Source of the DNA: Paraspadella gotoi
Taxonomy: Eukaryota > Animalia > Chaetognatha
Reading direction: 5' to 3'
NCBI GenBank assembly: GCA_051294375.1
Contig: JBJCIZ010000040.1
Span: forward strand, 302,273 to 366,272
DNA: 64,000 bases
A model generated the notes under the pieces. The model was not told where the DNA came from, made no database searches, and worked only from the letters and a program-made list of their open reading frames with translations. How positions within the stretch are numbered: position 1 is the first letter of the stretch; every line of letters starts with the position of its first letter. The position numbers and the translations under genes are program-made. This document shows positions 36,901-50,204 of this stretch, one piece after another.

Positions 36901-39900
36901 TAAGTTTACTAGAGTACAATTTAACCTTTTTTCTTCAGAATCATTAAAAGAATTAAATTTTCATTTATTTTTATGGGTGTCATTAGTTTTAAAATTAATT
37001 ATAATTTTGACTTAGTTTGACACTACACCCTGTAAAGAGGTTTCAGCAAAAATATTTCTAAATTGTATCTTTTATGTGTCCTATGATTATGGCTTTATTT
37101 TGGTACTATTGCCATCCCTTTATCTTTTGTTCCTTCAAAAGATATTAGGAAAAAAGTTTTTTCTCTTCAACCTTCCTTTTAATTTCTCTTTAAAATAAAA
37201 ATTTGCAATGAAACTGGATAACTTTAATATGAAAAAATTGGTCATAATAAAAAAGAAAAATAGAACGAGCTCTAGGACACAAGGCTTTTTAGAATCTCAT
37301 AATTTAAAGTGTCATTTATAATGCTAACATACCATAATCTCATTAATAACTTTAAAAAAGTGAAATTTCCCTTTCATTTCTATAGTAAAAATGAGTTTTG
37401 AAAATCCTCCGGAGATGAGTAGTTCATTTCCCCTGGCTGGTTTGATAGTAAAATCTTTATCAAATGCCACAAGAAAAAAGGAACGAGCTCTTGAGATGTA
37501 AAGCTGTCGGAATCGTGTGTTTTTACAAATGTTTTCTACTGGAACTTTTTGCAGCTCTTTGTTAAGGTTGGGCAGTCAGATTCGAACGGAAAAATGTTTA
37601 ATTTTTTTTAGCAAGATTTTCGCCTATAGAAAGAGAAAAAAATTGTGGAAAGCTGGAAAGTTTTCTAAAAAAATTTGTGAAAAAAAATATAAGTTATTTC
37701 CTTTACTTTCGAATTTCGAAATTCTCCTTGACCGAATTGAAAATTTTCCGTTGAAATTTTCACTCTTCACTCCGCTGGCTAGAAAATATTGTGGATACCC
37801 GGAAAATCTGTGGTCAACCATTTTAAAAATAGACAAGCTTAAAAATTTGCGGGCAAAAAGTTGGTTGTTATTGTTCCTTCTTGGTACTGGACAGCTGGTC
37901 GTGGTCATTGCCGTAGCACAAAAATTACAAATTTTCCACTGACTAACACGACGAACGGACGGAAAAATTGGAGAAAAATAGTATATTTACTTCCGGCTCA
38001 GTCCATTAGAATTCTAAAACAGTCCCAATACTTTTTATTAGTAGTTTTGATGACCAGAAAATTACAAATTTTCCTGGGAAAATTTGAAATTTTTGTATTA
38101 TTTTTCTCCCATTCCTCCCTTTCTATTTTCACTAATTTTTAGTCGGATCTGCTTATCAGCAGATCCCGACTCTATAATCATTTTGTCGGTCCGCCCCTCA
38201 ATATTGTCGGGCACAAACTTATATCATGTCAGAACATCGAATTATGATAAATTATGTAAAAAAAATGATGTATGTCCGTCCGTCTGTCTGTCTGTCTGCC
38301 CGTCCGTCCCACTTTAGCAAAAAACACCAATTACTCGTGATCGGATGGATGGATTTGAAAGAAATTTTGTGTGTGGGTAGGGAAGTGTGTGATTGAGCTG
38401 GATATGAAGTTTCGATGGAATCTTCTGAGTGGAAATTAGTTTAAATAGAAAAAACATAAAAATATATTTCACTATTTGAACACCAATTGCTCATGACTGG
38501 ATGGGGCGATTGAACTTAAATTTTGTATGTGGGTAGGAAAGTGTGTGATTAAGCTGGAACTCAAGTTTTGATGGAATCGTCTGAGTGGAAATGAGTTTTA
38601 AATGGAAAAAACCAAAAACCTGTTTCACTAATTGATTATGCTTATTTTTCCTTTATATTAAATGTGAATGCAGGATGTATTAATTAATCAAATAATTAAT
38701 CAATTAGTCAATTAATTAATCAATAATTAATTAATCAGTCAATCAAGACAAACGTTATCGGCATTATTCTCATCGTCATCATTGCTTTTGTTTTGGTTAG
38801 TGATGAAAAGACCTAAAAACAAACATTGAGATCAAATTAATTAATTAATTGCCTAATAATTAATTAATTTAAGAATTAATTAGTTACCGAGCAGATCCGA
38901 CATTGTTTGGACAAACTTGTTTCTCAACGAATGAAAATTACAAATTTCTAAAGACATATTGACAGTACTTTTGATTAGCTATTCTGCTGACCACTAAATT
39001 TGAAATTTGTACAGAAAAAACCTATACTAACTAACATTCCTTTTTTAGTCGGATCTGCTTATAAGCAGATCCCTACTCTATAATTCACTTTGTCGGTTCG
39101 TTGGTCCGACCCTCAATCTTGTCGGACATTCACATATATCATGTCATCGAAATATGACAAATTATGCAAAAAAACGATGTCTGTCCGTCCGTCTGTCCGT
39201 CCATCCATCCATCTGTCATACCTTAGCAAAAACTCCAATTCCTCGTGATTGGATGGATGGATTGGAATGAATGGGTAGAGAGTGTGATTGAGCTGGATAT
39301 GAAGTTTCGATGGAATCGTGTGAGTAGAAAAGAATTAAATGGAAAAACAAATAAAATTATTTCACTATTTGAATGCCAATTACTCATGAGTAGATGGGAC
39401 AATTGACTTGAAAATTTGTTTGTGGTAGAAAGGTGTGTGATTAAGCTGGAAATCATGTTTCAATGGAATTATTATGCTTCTTTTTATTTTTATATTAAAT
39501 TTAATGTAAAATGTTATTATTGGAGTTTATGTTTGGGTAGAGTGACGGGGTGGGGGTGAAGAGAAAAGGCCGAGACCGACGGAGAAGGCCAGATCTGACC
39601 CATTCGACCGATTGACCGATCGACCGGACAGGGACTGACCTGACTCTTTCTCCACTCTTTCTCTCCTTCTCTTCTTTCTCTCTCTCTCTCTCTCCAAACT
39701 TTACTTGGACAGGCTCAAACAAGACAAATTCAGATTCACTGGATCACATTTTAGAGAGATCGTCAACTACTTTCTTACAAAGTTCCTACTACGTTTTTAC
39801 TAAAGATTTATCACGATTCTATTTGATTTCTCCTCGATATATAGATTCTTCATTCAATTTGATCTCGATTTTCTACGGAAACCTCGTTTTCTACATTTTA

Positions 39901-40051
39901 TTACATTTATTTACATTTTATTTTCGCGTTATTTCTTCCCGACTTTCGAGCTTTAGTTACATAAAACGTTTGGGATACTTTTCGTCAAATAAGTTGCGAC
40001 CAAGTGGACCATCTTCACCTCAAGAGGCGTAGAGAGCCAAGCTTCTCTACA
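33973..40051 (+). repeat. Indel-containing duplicate of ~27456-33533 (alternative haplotype or assembly artefact)
   Basis: Colinear copy of MITE, SINE, HINEs and LTR with mostly 1-bp indels; begins ~170 bp after a 25-N gap. Confidence 0.85.
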
Positions 40052-40976
40052 GGGAGTGGAGTTTATGTTTGGGTAGAGTGACGGGGTGGGGGAGTGGAGT
40101 TTATGTTTGGGTAGAGTGACGGGGTGGGGGAGTGGAAATTATGTTGGGTAGAGTGACGGGGTGGGGAGTGGAGTTTATGTTTGGGTAGAGTGACGGGGGT
40201 GGGGGAGTGGAATTTATGTTTGGGTAGAGTGACGGGGGTGGGGAGTGGAGTTTATGTTTGGGTAGAGTGACGGGGTGGGGGAGTGGAGTTATGTTTGGGT
40301 AGATTGACGGGGGTGGGGGAGTGGAATTTATGTTTGGGTAGAGTGACGGGGTGGGGGAGTGGAGTTATGTTTGGGTAGATTGACGGGGGTGGGGAGTGGA
40401 AATTATGTTTGGGTAGAGTGACGGGGGTGGGGGAGTGGAGTTTATGTTTGGGTAGAGTGACGGGGTGGGGGAATGGAATTTATGTTTGGGTAGAGTGACG
40501 GGGTGGGGGAGTGGAGTTTATGTTTGGGTAGAGTGACGGGGGTGGGGAGTGGAGTTTATGTTTGGGTAGATTGACGGGGGTGGGGGAGTGGAATTTATGT
40601 TTGGGTAGAGTGACGGGGGTGGGGGAGTGGAGTTTATGTTTGGGTAGAGTGACGGGGGTGGGGGAGTGGAGTTTATGTTTGGGTAGAGTGATGGGGTGGG
40701 GAGTGGAATTTATGTTTGGGTAGAGTGACGGGGGTGGGGAGTGGAGTTTATGTTTGGGTAGATTGACGGGGGTGGGGAGTGGAATTTATGTTTGGGTAGA
40801 GTGACGGGGGTGGGGGAGTGGAGTTTATGTTTGGGTAGAGTGACGGGGGTGGGGAGTGGAGTTTATGTTTGGGTAGAGTGACGGGGTGGGGAGTGGAGTT
40901 TATGTTTGGGTAGAGTGACGGGGGTGGGGAGTGGAGTTTATGTTTGGGTAGAGTGACGGGGTGGGGAGTGGAGTTT
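40052..40976 (+). repeat. G-rich minisatellite, ~37-38-bp unit, about 24-25 copies
   Basis: Unit GGAGTGGAGTTTATGTTTGGGTAGAGTGACGGGGGTGG; variation mainly in G-run length; no unique spacers. Confidence 0.95.
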
Positions 40977-43900
40977 TGGGCGATACCGCGGAGTCAGGTG
41001 TTGATTTGATGTCTTGATTTTTGTGCTTGTCCCGATTGGTGTAGCTTGATCATTTCCTCCCTGGAAAAGTAATATGAAAAGGGTGAATAACAAGACGGGA
41101 CAAAATTGATCACTTTTTATCATTAAGAGTTCTGTAATATAAAGTTCATTTGTCCATAATGTACTTAATCAATATTTAATATCACTATTTTAACTAGTAA
41201 AGCACGGTATAACATTAAAGCATTTAAATATTTATCAATGCAAAGGCAATGAAAAATTTTTTTGTAAAAAATTTACTTTTTTAAGAACGGATTCAGGTAG
41301 CCCATGAAAAGTTGTCTACACATATTATAATGCGTTTTTTAATATTTCGATGATAAGTGGGTAAAATAATGAAAAAACTCTTTAAAATCATCATCATCGT
41401 ACCATAATTTTTATAGCTTTTGCTAATTTTAAGCAATAAAACAAAAAATTTGAAAATCTTGTAGTAATATTTTTTATTTATTTTTTTAATTTCTACCCGA
41501 ATCTGTTTTAAAAAATTCTGATTTTGAAATAGTAATACGATAAATTTTAAATGCTTCTATGTTATTAACTATATATAAAATCAAATTTTTTTTTTAATTT
41601 CGTCATCCCACAGGGATGCTCTAACGTTATTTATATTACAGAACACTTAGTTTTTACTTTGTTCCGCCCTAGTGAATAATAACATTCAAATTAGGTAAAA
41701 AGAGACAAATGACAATTAATTATCATAAGGAAATCATTTTGTTCTATTCATTTATTGTACAGATTATAAAAGAAAAACAAGACTCACCAGAGTTGATCAA
41801 CGCGGTCTCGTCATAAGCCGTGTCTTTTGCATCTTGACGTCATTTTTTCTGCACAATGAAAATAGGGAAACGAAAGAAAAGGGAGGGTTAAAATGGTTTG
41901 TTTAAAATGCAAGAAGATTGCTCAACAAATTTATATCCAAAGATACATTTAATTAACTATTAAAAAATCCGAATCTAGTGCAAACCTTCATCGGAGTAAG
42001 ACAATTGTGAATTTTGAAAAAATATTATATAATTCTGGCGACTCGAGTTGATCTCAGTCAACCAGATGACCTTCGTCACAAAGAGACTGTGAACCCTCAG
42101 ACATCAGCGTCGTCGGCTGACTTCTTATTTTTACATTGTAAAGTTTCTCTCTCTTTTTCGTATTTCAAGCCAAGAACTAAAATCACGTTTTTATCTTTTT
42201 AATGCGCTGGGCGACCAATAGTGGGAATTTTGTGCCGGACTCCATGCTTCACCTCTTTAGCTTGGAAAGAGGGATTGGTAAGGTCAGGATAGTTGTCAAG
42301 AAGTTTTGAAAACGGGTTCTCTGCTGCATTGATGTAGTTGATGCCATCTGAAATAGTGTCGTCGGCAAATAAAGCTTTGATTTTTGAAAAGTCATTCAGA
42401 TCCAAAAGAAGGCCATCCTTTTTGTTTGGTGCTAAATAATATTCGGCGAGGAAGTCGGCACCCAAGATTGGTTGCTTGACATCGGCGACGGTGAGTGAAA
42501 AGGGAGGTTTATTTCCATCATGGTGGTTCCATAGCTTTGGATAATGGTTCCATTGGCGGCTCTTAAATTTCCTAATGATGGTCCCTGACGGCGCTGCTCG
42601 GGGGTTGGGGGGATGATAGAGAGTAAAGCACCACTGTCAATGAGCCAGCGGCACTTGTTGACGCCATCGTGAACATATAGGAGTTTGCTGTCCTCAGATT
42701 GGCCGGGGACAGAGTTCACATCTGTCCTCCGGCCTCTGCTTTTCCCATCTTTTGGATCGCACATCCAGGGAGGCATTTCTTTGATTTGGCACCAAAACGT
42801 TCGTGGTAAAAACAAAGTTTGTACTTTTCCTTGGTGGCCGCGAGTTTGGCGCTCTTTGAGGATTTTTCCTTCCAAGGACGAGAGAAAGGTTGAGTTGATT
42901 TTTGTTGTTTTGGCTTTTCTCCAATTGCATTGTCATCGACGTTGTCAGCATCTTTATCATCTCCATTTAGGGAGTTGTCAGCGCAATAGTCTACTTCGTT
43001 GATAGACAAGGACGAGGACGAGTGAAGAGGGCGTCCCTGGGGATCGAAGTATAGGTCTGCAATGCTGGCTGCAGTCTTAGCATTGATTTCAGCTATTTTG
43101 TCGACCACTGAGCGCTGGATCTCTGATGGCAGTTCTCGTAGCATCAACTCCTTGAGCAAATCATCTATTGTGACGTCATCAGCTTTTTCAGCTTCGCAAG
43201 AAGCTGCGATGGGCGTCGGCCATCTTGGCAAATTCCATCAATGAGGAATAAGGCATAGTAAAATTTCTAAATTTAACTTTAATTAAAATTCTAAAAGTGA
43301 GGATCGAAAAACATTATACTAATGAACATTTATGTAATAAAAAAATTTACAATAAATTTTATAATTTACGCAGTAGGCCATATTTATACTAGTACTAAAC
43401 CAATAAATGTTCAAATTTCAAAACAGTTTTTTCTAAGATTTTTTTGCAGATTTGGATTCGTCATAAAAAGTTGGTAAAAAGAAATATAACTCTTTTTAAA
43501 AAATTCCTTCATTAAGTGGGTCAAAAATTAGAAAAAGCTATATTTTAAGCTGAAAATTAACTTTTTATATATTAAATATAGTTTTTTAAATTTTTAACCC
43601 ACTTAATGAAAGAATTTTTAAAAATGATTTTTATTTTCTTTTATCAACTTTTGACGAGGAATTCAAATCTGCAATCAAAATTAAAAAAAGCCTATTTTAA
43701 AATTTTTCGATATTATAAGGATAGTACTGAAGCAAAGGAAAAGACTTTTTGTAGAGAAAAGTATTATTTACTTTAAAATTGTAACACATTAACAAGAAGA
43801 AATTGAACAGAGAGAATCAGAGGGGAATCTGTACAGCAAAACTGTAAAACAATTGAAGAGAGAAATTCACTAGGTGGCGAATTAAAACTAACTAAAGGGG

Positions 43901-44359
43901 ACACTATGTGGGAGAGTGAACAAAGGGTTGTGGATAGAAAATAGTCACTATGACAACATGTAAACAATTCGCTACATCCCCGCCCCAAGGCCACGACCGG
44001 GGTTGTTGCCTGATAGATGCTAACTAGTATTTACAAAAGAGTTTTGTGTTTTTTAGTTCAGAAGTTGAAAAATATTCCTATTGACGCTGTTGACACCAAG
44101 ACCTTCGTCCGAAGGTAAAAGCATTGCAGGAAGCGCCGGCCGGTCTCGAGCATTACGATGAGGTTGGCGACGGGACGGGGTTGGCGGCGGTGGCGTCGGA
44201 GGACGCGTTCGGGGCGGCCACGGCGGTTCCTTGGAGTGGCTTGTGGTGGAAATTGTGGAAGCTGGGTTGGTGTGGGTAGAAGTGGTTTGCGGATAGGGCG
44301 ACCACATGGTGGAGCCATGGGTGGAGTTGGGGGATTGGTTGGGTCGGTGAAGGCTGGTT

Positions 44360-47300
44360 TTAGTCTGTCAACAGATATTTCTTCTGTTCCACGGCCAGGG
44401 ATGTCGATTTTAAAATTCTTAGGGCCTCGTTCAATGAAGCAGTAAGGGCCTGTATATGGACTTGAAAGGCTGTGGCCTTGTGGGCCGCGGAGAATAAAAA
44501 CGAATTCCGAATTTCTGGTAGCACATATGTTGTTTGGAGGCCGTGGGAGGTGGCAGGGATGGGGCGCATAAGGGCGACGTCATGTCTTAGATTGTCAAGG
44601 AGTACCTGCTGGTTATTGTCTTGGTCATGGTTGTTGGATGCAGGGTTTATTTCTCCGGGAATAGTGAGAGTGTCTCCCAGGACCAATTCTGCTGGTGAGG
44701 CCTGGAGATCGTCTCTGTGGGTGGTTCTGATGCCGAGTAGTGTCCATGGGAGTTGGTTGAACCAATTAGAGCCTTGGGCGTCGCAACGTGTCTTTAGTGA
44801 TGTTTTGAGTGTACGGTGCATCCGTTCCACCATGCCATTAGATTGAGGGTGGTATGCTGTGGTGGTTTGAAGTGTGTAACCAATTAGTTGAGAGAGTTGG
44901 TGCCACAATTCCGATGTAAATTGTGGGCCTTTGTCTGATATGACTGTAGATGGGATACCGAATCTTACAATCCAGTTGTGAAGGAAGGCTGAGGCAATTG
45001 TTTGAGAAGTGGTATCTCTTAAAGGAATAGCTTCTGGCCATCGTGTAAATCTGTCAATGCAAGTAAGAAGGTGAGTATGATTGTTTGATTCTGGCAGGGG
45101 GCTTACAATGTCAACATGAATGTGGTCGAATCTCTTTTGTAGTGTTTCGAAGGGTTGTAGGGGGGCATGTGTGTGGCGGTAGATTTTATTTTGCTGACAG
45201 ATGAGACATGTACGAGCCCAGTTGTTGATGTCTTGTGATGCTGAAGGCCAGATAAATCGTTTGGTGATGAGTTTTTGTGTTGACCTGATGTTTGGATGAG
45301 AGAGTGAGTGGATGGTGTCAAATACTTTTTGACGCCAGGTTGTAGGGACAATAGGGCGTGCTCTCCCAGTGTTTACATCACAAATGAGGTCGATGTCATT
45401 AACTTTGACTTGTTGAAATTTAAGGCTTGTGTGAGGGTCACTGAGCAGCCGTTGTGTGTCTGGGTCGGTAGTTTGTTCCTGGGCAAATGCTGTGAAATCA
45501 ACACCTTGAGGGCCAATGGCGTTGATAGTGGATTCGAGCGTGGGGGTGGTTGCAGGTGAGTGTTTTACGCGGGACAGGGCGTCAGCTACGAGATTTGACT
45601 TGCCTTCAATGTATTTTATGTCTGTGGTGAATTCGGAAATGTTTGCTAGTTGGTATGATTGACGCATGGTGTGAGGTTCTGTCTTTTTGCGGATGGCTGG
45701 GATTAGACTGTTGTGGTCAGAAAAAAGAGTGAAATGGCGCCCCTCAATGAAAGGGCGAAAATGGCGTACTGATCTGTGCGCTGCAAGCAGTTCTTTATCG
45801 AACGGTGACCATTTAGTTTGTGGTTCCTTGAGTGGAGCAGAGAAAAAACCTAGTGGTTGCCATGTAGAGTTGATGAGCTGCTCCAGAACGCCTCCTATGG
45901 CCGTATTAGAGGCATCAACTGTGAGGGCAAGGGGTGCACTATCAATTGGATGAACAAGCATAGTGGCATTGGCCAGTGCTTGCTTGACACCATCGAATGC
46001 TTGCTGACATTCTTCTGTCCACTGGAGTCGTTTTGGATTGCCGCAAAGTGCAGAGTAAAGGGGAGTGAGAATGCTTGCGATCTTGGGGATGAATATCCTG
46101 TAGTAGTTAAGCATTTCTAAAAAGCGTTGGGCTTCTTTAATGGTCGTGGGTGAGGGAATGTTATGAATGGCTTCAACTTTGCTTTTGAGAGGTTTGACGC
46201 CTTTGGCATCAACATGGTAAGAAAATGCCAAGAAAATTGAGTGATTCTACTCCTAAAACACATTTAGCACGGTTTATGACCAGGCCATTGGTTTCCAGTG
46301 CATCAAAGAGGCGATTAAGGTCTTCAACATGCTCTGAAGGTGTGGTTGATTGGTTGGTGCGACAAGAATATCGTCAAGATAGACAAAGATGTGAGGAATG
46401 CCTTGCAGGACTTGATCCATCATTCTTTGAAAATCTTGTCCTGCATTTTTGAGTCCAAATGGAGTGCGTGGAAATTCCCAATTGCCAAATGGAGTAATGA
46501 CTGCGGTTTTGTGAATGTCTTGTGGAGCAACTGGGATTTGATGATAACCTTTACAGAGATCTACCTTGCTAAAGATTTTCTTGCTTGCAATATGAGCATT
46601 GAAATCGCTGAGGTTTCTAATGGGATAGCGATTGTCCTTAGTGGCTGCATTGAGTTTTCTGTAATCGCCACATGGGCGCATTGATCCATCTGGTTTTCTC
46701 ACCATGTGCAGTGGAGAAGACCATGCGCTTTTGCTTCTCCTGACAATACCAAGCTTCTTCATTCTTTCAAATTCGGCTTTGGCTATGGCAAGCTGGTCCG
46801 GGGCGAGCCGACGGGCGCGGGAATGAACTGGTGGACCTTCTGTGGGAATGTGGTGCTCAATGCCGTGTTTTGGTTTTGAAGGGTCGAATGAGAGTGTTGT
46901 GAGATTTTGTCGGTCATCAAGGAGCTTGGTGTATTGATTGACAACATGGTTGACGCGAAAGGTGTGATCTTTGTAGGTTTTGCCTGTGACTGTGGTAAAA
47001 TCCTCAAGATCAATGAGGAGACCGAGAGTGTGGTCGGCTGTAAGGTGAAAATCCATGAGGAAGTCTGCTCCCAAAATAGGTGTGGTTATGTTTGCGACAG
47101 TGAAGTTCTATTCAAAACTGCGGCTGCCCAGTTGAAGTGTCATATTATGTGTGCCATAGCAGTCGATAGGTGTGCCATTGGCGGCGTGAAGTGACTTTGA
47201 GATTGGGCCATTTGCTAATTGAGCTGAGGTTGGTGCAATGAGTGAGACACTGGCGCCGCCATCTACTAGCCAGGTGATGTTGTTGTTGTCGTCGCGGACA

Positions 47301-47365
47301 TGAAGAGGTATGATGTTGCCGGCAGCGGCGTTTATCCCTAATGGCTGCCGGCCTGGCCATTTCCC
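44360..47365 (-). pseudogene. pol: Gypsy B pol (protease-RT-RNaseH-integrase) with a stop and a frameshift
   Basis: WLVDGGAS, RPCGDYRKLN, PFGLKNA, YLDD, TVDAS, ADALSR, H-H-C-C and DDE (HVDIV, SDKG, VERMH). In-frame TAG near 47110 and a frame break near 46300-46340. Confidence 0.92.
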
Positions 47366-48354
47366 CGGTAGCGGCAGGGAAGCTTACATTTTTTAGCTCT
47401 GGATCCGAATTCGTTGTGGTACCAACAATAGTTGGGGTTGTTTTGTTTGGAGTTGTTGTTGTTGTTGGTTGAGTTTCTCTGGAAGTTGTTGTTGCGTCTC
47501 TGTAGGTTTGGCCTGTTTGTCTTAAATCTTTGGCTGTTGTTGGTGGCAGCGCAGACATTGGCATAGGTTGGAGTAGTGTAGAGTGGTTGATCAGCTTCTT
47601 CAGTGACATTGCAGATAAGCTCATCATCCTCAATGCTGCTGTCGCAAGTTAGTTCCACTTCTGGTGGTTGCCAATGGTGGAGGTGGTTGACAGATGATGT
47701 GGTGGCGGAGGGAGTGTTGGCCTTGAGAGCCAACTCACCTGATGCTGTGTAAAAAGAGTCGGCATGCTTGGCGATTGCCTCTAGTTTTATGTCGTCCTTA
47801 ATGACGACATTACAAACATGGTGAGGAAGGACGCTGGCGAGAATCTCGCGACAAAGGTCGTCAACGGAAAGTTTAGCAACGGTAGCTCTGAGAGCGGCGA
47901 CAAACTGGGATGGCGTTCGTCCGCGAAGAGAATGAGGGCCAAGGAATTTAGCTGCTCGTTGGCGTGGCTTCTCCTCAAAGAGTTCATATAAAGTATTTTC
48001 CAAATCCATAAGACTTTGTTGAGTTTCATTTGGATAAAGATAAAAATCGTGAAGCAGTACTTGATGCTCTTTCGGTATAGCAGCTAGAATGTGGAGACGT
48101 TTTGTGGCTGGGTCAGTAACTTTTGCAAGCTGAAATGCGCCAGTTGCGGCAGCTATCCACATTCAAATGTTTTGTGAATCAAATGGGGGCAGTTTTGGGG
48201 TTTTTGGCCATTCCTCTTGAGTGGGAATGGGAGTGGTGTTTATTGGGGAGTGGGTAGTGCTTGGCGCTGTGGTAGTGTTATTGAATTGGTTCAGAAATTG
48301 TGTTGTGAATTCTTTAAACATTTCATGCATATGGGCGGTTAATTCATTTTTCAT
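47338..48354 (-). pseudogene. gag: Gypsy B gag with CHCC knuckle
   Basis: KLPPF...GRTPSQF...CWYHNEFGSRAKKCKLPC; one in-frame TGA at 48163-48165. Confidence 0.88.
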
Positions 48355-50204
48355 TTGATTTAAGGTTGCTTCAATTGGAGGTGGGTTGTTGGCGGTCCAT
48401 GTTTTCTACGTCTTCAAAAACGGAAGAGTTGGTAACGGCGCTGTTCGCGATGCTTGAGATGCTCGAGCGGGTGGTGGGAGGCCCAGAACCCACGATTCGG
48501 ACGCTAGAGATACTGGAGCTGACGCGAGATCTTGCGCGACCACAAGGGATCAGTTGTTCCAATGGCGACGCCGTTTTGACTTTGTTCTTTTAGTCGGGCT
48601 CACCATGAAGCAAAGGAAAAAACTTTTTATAGAGAAAAGTATTATTTACTTTAAAAATGTAACACATTAACAAGAAGAAATTGAACAGAAAGAAATATGA
48701 GGGGAATCTGTACAGCAAAACTGTAAAACAATTGAAGAGAGAAATTCACTAGGTGGCGAATTAAAACTAACTAAAGGGGGCACTATGTGGGAGAGTGAAC
48801 AAAGGGTTGTGGATAGAAAATAGTCACTATGACAACATGTAAACAATTCGCTACAGTACTATATATAAATATAATCACTGCGAAAATTAAAAAACATAAA
48901 ATTAATTTTTTTTACAAATTAATGTTCACTGATGGTATGTTGTTCATAATTGACTTTTAGAATTTTCGTATGTAACTTTCATTACCCCTTAATGAGGAAT
49001 GATGCCTTTTAAGCCTTAGTTCTGCCATATTCTTTTTTGAGGTAGGTGAGGAACAGGATCCAATTTTCCTCCGTTGGTTCTCCATAGAGGAAAGAGTTTA
49101 TTTGAGGATTAAAGTCCACCTTAAACTTGGATTCCAGATGAGCAAATTTATATTTTGCGTCGGTTATGTTCACTCAAGTGAAGGCCACTTCAATTCATTT
49201 TATCCAGATAGAGATGTTTTGAGGGTCGAAATCTTGAAGCTCCGGCTTCTTGAGCTGCTTTTGCTGCTGTTGCCACTGCTGCTGTATCTACTCTTGTGAA
49301 ATGAATTTTGCTGTAGCAATGCGTAGACTGCTGCTGCCACAGCATTGGCGAAACGGTCTTCCGAGTCCTGATGTTGGCCATCATTTCCAGGAGCACTAGA
49401 CGCCGTTGCGGGGGTGACACTTGCGTGATTCATCCTCGCGGGTTACTCTGCGCCAGGAAAGAAGAGTTGGTTACTTGCGGCAGATGGGGAAGTAGAAGGG
49501 GATATTCGTCCTCGACCAGCAGGAGGAGGAACGGCGAGAGATGTAGAGCGGGTGATTGGCCTGTTGGAGCTGTCCATGAGCATCAGTTAGTAAGCTGGGA
49601 TCGTTATTTGATGCGGGAGGGCGCTGGAGGATGCGCCAGTCTTTAAACCGGCGGCGTTGTTGACTTGTTCCCGTTGGCGTTAGACGGGGGTTGGGAGAAA
49701 AGAATGGGGAGTGGGTGAGATTAAAGGGCGAGGGAATCGCTTAATTTCAATGTTATCTCGCCCTTACCTGAGAAATGATAAGTTTCCACGTTGGCCCCAT
49801 TTTCGCCGGTATTTGATTAGGAATTTTGATAATGTTTAGCGATGTATAGGATTCGAGGACAATTAAAGTCAAAGGATCAGAGAGGTTGGAAAGAAGTTCG
49901 TAAGAAGGGTTAACCAATGTGGATAGATCTCGAGGTATTTCTGAGTAACATTTTTTCAATGTTTTTGATAAAAATAACCAGCAACGTTGAGAGGTTTAAA
50001 AGGTATAATAATCATAGCAGGAAACAGCAACTACAAAAGCAAGAAAACCAGTATATAAAGTTTTACTTGGGGAAATATAAACTGAAATACGACGTCATCA
50101 AGATATTGGCTGATGAGAAATAAAAGAGCAATGTTACATAAGAACAAAGGGTAAGGCTCGCGCTCGCTCCGAGAAAATAGGGACATATAGAGTTTTTTCA
50201 GTTC

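Larger units (their letters stand above)
43728..48855 (-). mobile_element. Full-length CsRn1/Kabuki-clade Ty3/Gypsy LTR retrotransposon (element B), inactivated
   Basis: LTRs 48606-48855 and 43728-43976 (TG...CA, a few differences); TSD GTAC; PBS TGGTGAGCCCGAC (48593-48605, tRNA-Trp-like); PPT GGGGCGGGGA. Confidence 0.95.
43249..48991. mobile_element. Fold-back MITE, hAT-like, carrying Gypsy B
   Basis: Ends TAAGG...CCTTA; TSD ATGAGGAA (43241-43248, 48992-48999; could be read as 10 bp); body matches 4859-5436. Confidence 0.75.
42199..49700 (-). mobile_element. Older CsRn1-clade Gypsy element A (gag-protease-start of RT), split at 43249-48991 by a nested MITE and Gypsy B
   Basis: CFYHERFGAKSKKCLPGC, WLIDSGALLS, LGADFL, HGVRHKIPT. 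Removing the insert rejoins gag (YLKKEYGRTKA*KASFLIDGICQDGRRPSQLL). 5' limit uncertain. Confidence 0.8.

Noticed and set aside
40052-40976. CRISPR-like array of ~37-bp repeats
   Set aside because: Units are head-to-tail with no unique spacers, there are no cas genes, and the context is eukaryotic.
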